Below, one piece after another: positions 49,010-57,168 of a DNA stretch of 64,000 bases (position 1 is the stretch's first letter; each line of letters begins with the position of its first letter). Made by a program: the position numbers and the translations under genes. This DNA is from a virus. Its lineage: Duplodnaviria > Caudoviricetes. Location of the stretch: the IMG/VR virus record IMGVR_UViG_3300010885_031309. One strand, 5' to 3'. The notes beneath the pieces are model-generated. The model was not told the DNA's origin and made no database searches. It saw only the letters and a program-made list of their open reading frames with translations.

Positions 49010-49345
49010 AATATCAGGGTCCTCCCCCTTGTTCTTTGAAGACAGCTATTTTTCGCTGTGGGAAGAACGTTCGTTGAACCACCAAAACCCTTTAATTTTT
49101 TGCCCGTTGATCTGTCAGGCGCAGTAGAGCCTTGCCTAAGGGCGGGAGCATCGGTTCCGAATCTATTGAGTACATCCATACTCTATTCGGCACTCCCCAC
49201 TAGTTTACCCACTGTGATCTTAGTATTGTCCGATCTTCAACAGTGCTTCGCCGTGAGCAGTAAAGGCTGTACTCACAATGTTACTAGTTATTTTAGACAG
49301 GTCTGTTGTTTGACCTGTGTTAGTCTATCTTTTTCATAGACCCAT
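49010..49345 (-). ncRNA. Candidate structured non-coding RNA of unknown class
   Basis: GC-richer, no credible CDS, several nested stems with G.U pairs on the minus strand. Confidence 0.45.
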
Positions 49346-49363
49346 TATTTCACAGTAACAATC

Positions 49364-49558
49364 TTACAGTGAAAGTTTTTTTTCTATTATTATTACTGTT
49401 CCGTCCTTTTTTATAACTCTGATAAATGATTTGTCTTGTGGGCTAATTTTTTTAGCTTTAATCTTACTCTTTGGTTTTCCAGAGTAGGCATTTTCTGATT
49501 GCTTTTTTAGTTTTTTTGCTCGTCTCCAACGCAGAATATCTCTTCTATCACAGTGCAT
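49364..49558 (-). CDS. Small, highly basic protein
   Basis: ATG 1 nt after the upstream TGA; K/R-rich, 64 aa. Confidence 0.6.
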   Translation of the reverse strand: MHCDRRDILRWRRAKKLKKQSENAYSGKPKSKIKAKKISPQDKSFIRVIKKDGTVIIIEKKLSL

Positions 49559-49559
49559 A

Positions 49560-50075
49560 TCATTCTTTCTTTTCTGAAATGTATTTAAGTCTGTTTTTAT
49601 TGCTGGCAAAAAAAATATCCATGTCGCTTATTATCCATGCGTTGTAGTTTGGGCTAGTATAAACAGTATGATTTTTTAGATCCCAATCGTATTTTTTTTC
49701 TACTGCAATGAATTTTCCAACACGAGTTATTTTCATAAACAAACAATTGACACTGTTATCATCACCACTAGTTACTAGTTGATTTAGCCAGATCTCAAGT
49801 TGTTTGCACTCATTACTTAAAAGTAAATTAAAAGGAAACTTGGAATAAGACTTGCATTCACAATTAAGAAGATTGAAGCTTTCTGGTACAATAATGTCGC
49901 CTCTTGTATGACGAATTTGTTCCGCTGTCAGTGAAGATTTGCGACTAATATTTTTACCTCCAACATAAGAGCCACTACCACTTAAATTTCTTATAAATGA
50001 TTCATTGTATGTATTGGAAAGATACTTTGCTACTTCTCTTTCCCAACTTGACCCTTTTGTTTTTTGCTTGCTCAT
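49560..50075 (-). CDS. Hjc-like PD-(D/E)XK nuclease (putative Holliday junction resolvase)
   Basis: KGSSWEREVAKYL...GDII...CECKSY. Confidence 0.7.
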   Translation of the reverse strand: MSKQKTKGSSWEREVAKYLSNTYNESFIRNLSGSGSYVGGKNISRKSSLTAEQIRHTRGDIIVPESFNLLNCECKSYSKFPFNLLLSNECKQLEIWLNQLVTSGDDNSVNCLFMKITRVGKFIAVEKKYDWDLKNHTVYTSPNYNAWIISDMDIFFASNKNRLKYISEKKE

Positions 50076-50114
50076 TGTGTTTACTTATTCCAGTAATGTG
50101 TGCTGGAAAAAAAA

Positions 50115-53100
50115 CTATTCTTCCAATTCCTTCAAACTTGTAAACCCATTTTCCTTTACTACTTTTACTGTGTTATTAACTCTGTTGGTCAACTCATCGC
50201 GATGACTTACTAGCCATACCGATTTGTTTCTATTTCTGCTAAAGTCTTTCAGTAGTGCAAGACCGTTCTCAATGCCCACGGTGTCCATGCCCGAGTCCAT
50301 TAGTTCATCAATAAACATTACATTAACTGATTGATAAAGATTTTCCCACACATCGCGAAATGCAAATGACAGTCCTAAAATAACTCTAGTGCGTTCACCT
50401 CTGCTAAGTGAGTCAAAATCTAGCTCTCGTCCAAGTTCTGTAATTTCAACACTTAAATCATTTTGAAATACCACGCGATGTGGTAATCCTATGCGATCCA
50501 AGTAATGCGACAGTCTGTTATTCAAATATGACAAATTCTGTTCAATGATTTTTTTGCGAACAAATGACTTTTTGTTAGTTAATAGATCCAACAAATAGTC
50601 TTGGTGTTGTAGTAATCGGGTCAGTCTGTTGATCTCACTAAAGTCAACTGTTTGTATAGCATTAGTTTGCATTTCTGCGATTTGTTCAGCATACGGATCT
50701 TCTTCACTGTGTTTCTTTTGTATTTGATCCAATAGTGTTTGTACGCGACTGCTGTGCTTAAATGCCGCCTCTTCAGTGTCATAGTGTGTTTTTGGCTGCG
50801 GACCCAATACTAGAGTGCTGTTCTCTAACAGTTGCTCAGCATATGGGTCAGTTTCGCTTAGCTTGTCTTCTATTTGCTTGCTGATACGATCTACTTCACT
50901 ACTGTGCTTAATAGCTTCAGCGTGTGTGTTGTAGTGTGTAGTGGGCTTATTGCCAACAATCACTTCGCTATTTACTAGCTTGTTCCATAATTCATGTGCT
51001 GCGGCATAGCCTTCATTTGTCTCTACTAGAAGTTTTCGTTTCTTCTCTAATACCTCGGTGTGCTTACTATCGTGAAACTCTTGTCCACACGCATAGCAAC
51101 GATGCTGTTCTAGCTCATGTACTTCTTCTTGTAGCTTTTGTGCTGACTTAGCTAGCTTTTCGCCGTCGCTCTTTGCTCGTTGTAATTCTTTAGCCCAGAT
51201 TTCACGCTCAGATACTTTTGTATTGTGAATTGCTAGTTCAGAGTGTGCTGATAATTCGGCAGCAATATCAATTTTGGTAAGCTTAGTCAAGCTACTCTGT
51301 AGAGCGGCCACTTCTTTGTCTAGCTTTTGTCTCCATGCAGTCTGTCTAGCCAAAACGGCATCATAGCGATCAAGCTTTTCTTTGTTAGAGTTCCATACGG
51401 CCAAATCTTTGTGTGCCGCTAATTCGGCGCCAATATCCACAAGTTGCAATTGGTCGTATTCTGTTACTAACTTAAGCAAGTCTTCGTCTCGCTTGGCAAT
51501 CCATAGACGCTGACGCTTCTTTAGACTGTCAATCTGTTCAGTAATACGCTTGTTTGCCGCCTCAACTCCATTTACACGAAACTCTTCTCGCTGAATGTCT
51601 TCTTTTGTAGTCTTGTTTAGTTCTTTGATAGCATCTGCTTTTTCGCTTAGCAGAGTGATTCCAAGTAGTTGTTCAATGATCGTGCGTTGATCACTGACAC
51701 GCATACTTAGAAACGGTGTAGTGTAGCTATTGAGACCAACAATATGTTGAAACATATCACTGGACATACCCAGAATACGCTCAATTGCTTGTTGAGTTTC
51801 TTTGTTTTCACCCTGTGCGTCATTGTCATCACTTGATTGTTGTTTGTTATTGACATAGAACTTTAGCACATTTGGTTTACGACCACGAACAATCTGATAA
51901 TCATTATCATTAACAGTGAATTCAACAACGGCATGCATTTGTTTGCCATTTGTTCTATTAATCAAATTGTCTTTCTTAATTTGATTAATAGGGCTACCGA
52001 ATAGTGCATAGCTTAGACCCTGCAATATAGTGGTATTGTGAGTTACTACATAATTATCAGTGACATATAAATGATCTTTGTGATCTATAGCAATACATTG
52101 ACATTCGGAGTTGTCAATTTTTTGAATATCAGATATTTGTAGACGAAGTTGATCAGCATATTGATAATCTGCGCTTATCCTGTCAAGTTTTCTTGACAAC
52201 GAAAATAATTTTTTTGGATTATGATAGCGAATTAAAACTATATATGCTTTTTTACCTTCTTTTTTCTCATTCAAATAAGTAAAGCGTGGTATTTTTTCTC
52301 TTATTCTGGCAATTCCACCGATACTACGAATTAAGTCGGTTACATCCATGGCAAGTTGCTTGCTACTAGAAGAAAAAGATATAGATCCGGTTCTGTCAAC
52401 GGTGCCGTCTGTATCTAATAATCCACGAAGCAATTCTAATTTTTGAGAAACGCTAATATTTTTGTAAATTTCTGGTATAAATTTTTCTTCGCTGTTTACA
52501 TTTAATTTTAAATCAATAAGACGCGACCTTAATGGGTGAGTAATTTTTTTGGGATTATTTTTTCTGTGATTCATCACAACTCTATATGAAATTTTAGGAC
52601 GAGTTGTTGACTGTGATTGTCTCAATGAGCAATCAATTAATTGTAGTTCATCGTTTACTCGTGTGAGTATTTCTTGATCCACAGATGTTATACCAACAGA
52701 TGATTTTAAATGTCCGTCTCCGAGTAACGCTCCCAAAGTATAACAAGAAATAGGAACAGATACATTCTCTGTATCTCTAGGAGTATACAGAGGGACATAC
52801 AAAAAGTTAAACGCCTTTTTCTTTTGAGAATTTACATTTAGTAGTTCAATCAGTTCAAGTGTTGTCAGAATTCTTGTATGATTGATATCTGTTTTATTGC
52901 GAAACAGATGACTGTATACATTCCATAAATGATCTTCGCTTGCCTCACATGTACGACCGTCTCTGAATGTAAATTTGTAAACGGATTTAATTCCTTGTGG
53001 ATATACTCCAATCACTTTGGCTAATGAGCCATCATGAGCAATAACGCTATCTCCAACACTGATATCTCGCATAAGAGTCCATCCGTGAGGAGTTAATATA

Positions 53101-53273
53101 TTACTAGTTAGTGGTTGTGCTTTGCCAGTACCATTCCTTGAGCCATCACCGCCCAAATCTAAGTTTTCGCCTAGAATCAGTGTAAGATCCTTGCGATCAA
53201 AATTTATTTCCTGTTCTACATTTCCAATGCTTAGAAAATTTTTAAGTCGCAGTGTTTTTAGTTTTATACTCAT
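50115..53273 (-). CDS. gp46: Recombination endonuclease ATPase subunit (SbcC/Rad50-like) with an intein
   Basis: NFLSIGN, NGTGK|TT, LSRGE, FIDELMD and VSHR motifs. Confidence 0.93.
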   Translation of the reverse strand: MSIKLKTLRLKNFLSIGNVEQEINFDRKDLTLILGENLDLGGDGSRNGTGKAQPLTSNILTPHGWTLMRDISVGDSVIAHDGSLAKVIGVYPQGIKSVYKFTFRDGRTCEASEDHLWNVYSHLFRNKTDINHTRILTTLELIELLNVNSQKKKAFNFLYVPLYTPRDTENVSVPISCYTLGALLGDGHLKSSVGITSVDQEILTRVNDELQLIDCSLRQSQSTTRPKISYRVVMNHRKNNPKKITHPLRSRLIDLKLNVNSEEKFIPEIYKNISVSQKLELLRGLLDTDGTVDRTGSISFSSSSKQLAMDVTDLIRSIGGIARIREKIPRFTYLNEKKEGKKAYIVLIRYHNPKKLFSLSRKLDRISADYQYADQLRLQISDIQKIDNSECQCIAIDHKDHLYVTDNYVVTHNTTILQGLSYALFGSPINQIKKDNLINRTNGKQMHAVVEFTVNDNDYQIVRGRKPNVLKFYVNNKQQSSDDNDAQGENKETQQAIERILGMSSDMFQHIVGLNSYTTPFLSMRVSDQRTIIEQLLGITLLSEKADAIKELNKTTKEDIQREEFRVNGVEAANKRITEQIDSLKKRQRLWIAKRDEDLLKLVTEYDQLQLVDIGAELAAHKDLAVWNSNKEKLDRYDAVLARQTAWRQKLDKEVAALQSSLTKLTKIDIAAELSAHSELAIHNTKVSEREIWAKELQRAKSDGEKLAKSAQKLQEEVHELEQHRCYACGQEFHDSKHTEVLEKKRKLLVETNEGYAAAHELWNKLVNSEVIVGNKPTTHYNTHAEAIKHSSEVDRISKQIEDKLSETDPYAEQLLENSTLVLGPQPKTHYDTEEAAFKHSSRVQTLLDQIQKKHSEEDPYAEQIAEMQTNAIQTVDFSEINRLTRLLQHQDYLLDLLTNKKSFVRKKIIEQNLSYLNNRLSHYLDRIGLPHRVVFQNDLSVEITELGRELDFDSLSRGERTRVILGLSFAFRDVWENLYQSVNVMFIDELMDSGMDTVGIENGLALLKDFSRNRNKSVWLVSHRDELTNRVNNTVKVVKENGFTSLKELEE
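52035..53120 (-). mobile_element. Ala1 class-3 (WCT) LAGLIDADG intein (362 aa) in the gp46 Walker A motif
   Basis: GTGK|AQPLTS...EDHLW...LGALLGDG...RGLLDTDG...CQCIAID...VTHN|T. Confidence 0.92.
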
Positions 53274-54283
53274 AAATTTTTATAGATTTCTAGGAGAAGT
53301 CGTTTGTCAAATGCACCTTCAGATAATTGTTGTATTTGCTCTTGAATTATACTATCTACGGACTCAAACTTCATGTTTGAGTAGTCCGTATCATCTTGCT
53401 CAAGATCCACTTTAGACGGAATTAGTGACATTTCTCGTAGTTGATATTTTGGAAGTAATTGTTCGCGAATGAAATTACTTTCCTCATAGGTAATATCAAC
53501 ATCTAAATTAATTCGCACATGCATGTCTTTTTGTAGTAGAGTTTCATCAGTAAGAATTTCACTTAGCTTGTAGATGCGAAATCTTGGTTGATCGGGCCAA
53601 CTTAGAAATACGGGTTCAGACCCCCACTTTAATATCATCATACCGCGATCATCGTCATTTACATCGCTGTAGTTATGTGGAAATGTGTTTCCAATATAAG
53701 TTATATTTTTCCGAAACTGTCGCTTGTGAAAATGCCCACTAAAAACTTTCTCAAAGCCGGAAAGATGTTCCGATTGTAGTTCACCGTGATCTGGCATTTC
53801 AACCTGTGCGTTCATGTAAAAATGTGGAAGTTCAAAATGACCGAAAAGATACTTGCCTTCATATTTGCTGATCTGTTTCCAATCATCTTGTACTAACCAC
53901 GGAGCAATTACTACATCATCATAGTGTGCAAAATCATTAATGATTTTAACTCTAGACAGGTGTTTTGCCCATTCTACACTATGAACATCTCTGCGATCAC
54001 GATAGTAGAGATCGTGGTTTCCTGGTATAAAGTATACCTGAGAGAATGACTCGTTCAATCGTTCCAATGCTCTTAATCCAAACTGTAGAGTTTGTATATT
54101 AATGCTGGCACGATGATGATTCCAATCTCCCAAAAAGAAACAAACATCACAGTCGTGTTTTTTGGCCGTATCTATAAACCAATTAATATAATTGGTACAA
54201 TCCAAATTGTGTACTACACTGTTGCTCTTGAGGCCCCAGTGAATGTCCGTGCATACGGCCGCTTTATTAAATAATTTGCTCAT
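53270..54283 (-). CDS. gp47: Recombination endonuclease nuclease subunit (SbcD/Mre11-like)
   Basis: TDIHWG, FLGDW, GNHD, GHFE and SGHFH motifs. Confidence 0.93.
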   Translation of the reverse strand: MSKLFNKAAVCTDIHWGLKSNSVVHNLDCTNYINWFIDTAKKHDCDVCFFLGDWNHHRASINIQTLQFGLRALERLNESFSQVYFIPGNHDLYYRDRRDVHSVEWAKHLSRVKIINDFAHYDDVVIAPWLVQDDWKQISKYEGKYLFGHFELPHFYMNAQVEMPDHGELQSEHLSGFEKVFSGHFHKRQFRKNITYIGNTFPHNYSDVNDDDRGMMILKWGSEPVFLSWPDQPRFRIYKLSEILTDETLLQKDMHVRINLDVDITYEESNFIREQLLPKYQLREMSLIPSKVDLEQDDTDYSNMKFESVDSIIQEQIQQLSEGAFDKRLLLEIYKNL

Positions 54284-54393
54284 CGCGTCAATCATACACG
54301 ATTGTAACATCTGAACACAATTTTTTTGGTTAGATACAATTATTTGCAGCGCCGCTACCGCTAATATATACTATTAGTATGAAAGGGCTTTGC

Positions 54394-56127
54394 ATGAATT
54401 TACTTGAGCTAAAAATTGCATATCTTGCTGGTGAGATATCTGCGGCAAAGATCACGCGAACAGTAGACAAATACGAGAGTGAACTAACTGCGTTGTATCC
54501 ACAGAATATTCCATTAGCTGGAAAGATGCATCTGTACTTGCATGATCTGGATATCAATCATGGCTGGTGCTCACTGTCACAGTCAGCTAAATCATTTAAG
54601 AGTCTAAATTTGGGATTTAGACAATTTTGCGGCAATGCAAATGTATGCAAGTGTAATGCAAATCAGATCAATGATTTTTGGAACACGCTCAGTAGCGAAA
54701 AAAAGGATAGCATAAACAGCACTAGAAAGCACACTGTATTGGCCAAGTATGGCGTTGATTCGGTCAGTCAACTGCAGGAGTCAAAGGACAAGGCAGAAAA
54801 AACATGTCTTCAGCGATATGGAGCAAAATCGCCAACTCAAAATAAAAATATTCTGAAAAAATCATCTTTGACCTGTCATAAAAATCATGGTGTAAACTGG
54901 CCTCAGCAAAACAAACAGATAGCAGAAAAAACAACAACAGCTTTCAACACAAAATACGGAATTGACAGACCAGCACAACATCCGCTGTTTAGAGAACGGA
55001 TGAATGTAACGACTATGCAGCGATTTGGTGTAGATAATATAATGAAATTGCCAGAATACACTCAGATGCACACTGAGCGCTTCAAACATTCTCATTTTGA
55101 TCAACTAGCAAGTTATCGTGGAAAAATACTGCCAGTGTTCAGTGTGTCTGAGTATGTTAGTAGCAATCCAGAAGATTTGTTACTGTGGCGCTGTACTACA
55201 TGTGAAACACAATTTTATGACACAGTGAAAAATACATGGCACGAAAAATGCCCACACTGTGATCCCAAACATCTAACTTGGGGTGAAGTAGTAATAAGTG
55301 ATTGGCTAACTCAGTCTGGTGTTTCTTTTGAAACTCATTGTAATAGTGTGATACGACCACTGCAACTTGATTTCTATATACCATCACATAATTTGGCCAT
55401 AGAGTTCAACGGTACCTACTGGCACAGTGAACTGGCCGGCAGAGATAAGCAATATCATATTAGCAAGCATAAAAAATGCCTAGAAGCAGGAGTAAAACTA
55501 ATACAAATTTTTGAACACGAATTGTTGGCCAATGAGCAAATAATTAAAAATAGACTAATGAATGCACTGGGAAAATTGTCAATCAAAATGCATGCTAGAA
55601 AGTTTAAAGTTGCTTCTATAACATTTTCTCAGGCTAAAGAATTTCTTGCTGCTAATCACATTCAAGGCAGCGTTGCTTCAAAATACAACTATGCTCTAGT
55701 TCAAAATGATGAAATATATAGTGTAATGACTTTCGGTAAATCCAGATTTAGTAAAAATGTAGCCGAGTGGGAATTATTGCGTTTTGCCACGCGACAACAT
55801 CACTCTATCGCAGGTGCAGCAAGTAAGCTGTTCAATCATTTTGTCAAAGAAAACTCACCACTAAGCGTAGTGTCCTATGCTGATCTCAAGTGGGGACAGG
55901 GACAAGTGTATGAAAATATGGGTTTTAGCTGGTCTCACAATAGTCAGCCAAATTACTGGTATTTTAAAAATATACACGAAATACATCATAGAACTAAATT
56001 TCAAAAACATAAATTACCCGCTGATTTGCATCATTTAGGTAGTGAATGGGACATTATGAAAAGTCAAGGATGGAACAGATTCTGGGACTGCGGCAATGCA
56101 GTGTGGATATGGAAAAAGGAAGCATAA
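54394..56127 (+). mobile_element. Second Hef-like endonuclease gene (KYG repeats + Zn ribbon + PD-(D/E)XK + GNAT/Mom-like), antisense insertion
   Basis: QLDFYIPSHNLAIEFNGTYWHS; WELLRF..GAASKLF..SYAD; own promoter TTGCAG-17-TATACT. Confidence 0.75.
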
Positions 56128-56138
56128 GCTTCCTTTTT
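56113..56138. terminator. Bidirectional terminator overlapping the endonuclease stop codon
   Basis: AAAAAGGAAGC-ATAA-GCTTCCTTTTT. Confidence 0.8.
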
Positions 56139-56169
56139 GATGGGTGATAGAGTACAAAAATTTATCGGA

Positions 56170-57051
56170 TTATTCTTCTGATGATCCGCTGTCACCAGAG
56201 AACTGTCTGCTCCAGCTAGGATTCAGTCCGTTCATTTCCAATATATCATCGCGAATATTTTGATTTCGTTTTTCTGAATTTAATACTCGTCTAAAACTGT
56301 TATTTATTGCGGCTGTATAATAAGCAAAGGGATTACTACTTTTTGATTCGTTGAACCGTAGCCCAACATATGTCAATTGTAGTATTGCACTGCCGCGCAT
56401 TTCGTCTACATAGGTGTACCCTCGCCAATTAAAACGCATAGCGTATTTTTCGCACAGCATTAGATACATCTTGGCTAACTTGTTGGTGATTTGTCCATGA
56501 TCTTTAGAGAATGATCCACTGACAAGATCTCCAGACCAATGTGATTTGCCAACGCAAATTAAATTGTCATTGTCGTCAAATTTGAAATGTTGAAATGGAG
56601 GGAAATTAACGCGAATATGAACCATGTCATTCATGCCCATTTCTTTTGCTAGATCTGGGTCTTCGAGATCGTCAAATATAACCGACTCGTCTTCTTCAAA
56701 TTCAAAAATCTCTTTGGCGCTTTTTGGTTTGACTGTTTTTCGTGGTTGTTTTGGAGCCACTGGAATATGGTCCCATGTCATAACTCTGAATATCAGATCG
56801 GTCTTTTTAATACTATTGATGTCTATTTTTTCTTTGTCTGCTCTTGCTTCAAGTGCTTGTTGAACAGTACTTGGGCGTGAAGTGTACTCAAGATTTTTTT
56901 TTAGACTGCTATTGTCTTCGTAATCAATGATGAAATCATAACGATCATAGTCAGACTCTTCGTATACACAAAAGGTATTTTTACTCAAGTGTATCTCTTT
57001 CAGAATATCTTTATTGTTTAAGTAATTTACTGGTTTTTTTATTGTGCTCAT
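56170..57051 (-). CDS. gp55: Late-transcription sigma factor
   Basis: NYLNNKDIL; NWRGYTYVDEM; FNESKSSNPFAYYT; lies next to gp47 as in T4. Confidence 0.8.
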   Translation of the reverse strand: MSTIKKPVNYLNNKDILKEIHLSKNTFCVYEESDYDRYDFIIDYEDNSSLKKNLEYTSRPSTVQQALEARADKEKIDINSIKKTDLIFRVMTWDHIPVAPKQPRKTVKPKSAKEIFEFEEDESVIFDDLEDPDLAKEMGMNDMVHIRVNFPPFQHFKFDDNDNLICVGKSHWSGDLVSGSFSKDHGQITNKLAKMYLMLCEKYAMRFNWRGYTYVDEMRGSAILQLTYVGLRFNESKSSNPFAYYTAAINNSFRRVLNSEKRNQNIRDDILEMNGLNPSWSRQFSGDSGSSEE

Positions 57052-57168
57052 TTTTTAAGTTATTAGTAGAGATAGTGTATCACAAAAATAACGCTTGTCA
57101 ATATGCACTTATCTGAAAAAGTATCATATTATTTATCGCATAAATATATGCAAGGGTAAATCAATATC

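Noticed and set aside
48877-49339. ORFs 48877-49077, 48898-49179 and 49058-49339 as real genes
   Set aside because: They overlap on both strands, have no SD or recognisable motif, and coincide with dense hairpins; non-coding function is more likely.
49010-49345. Group I/II intron, tmRNA, RNase P or tRNA
   Set aside because: No interrupted gene and none of the hallmark sequences (P7/S elements, domain V, tRNA-like CCA end, T-loop GTTCGA) could be found by eye.
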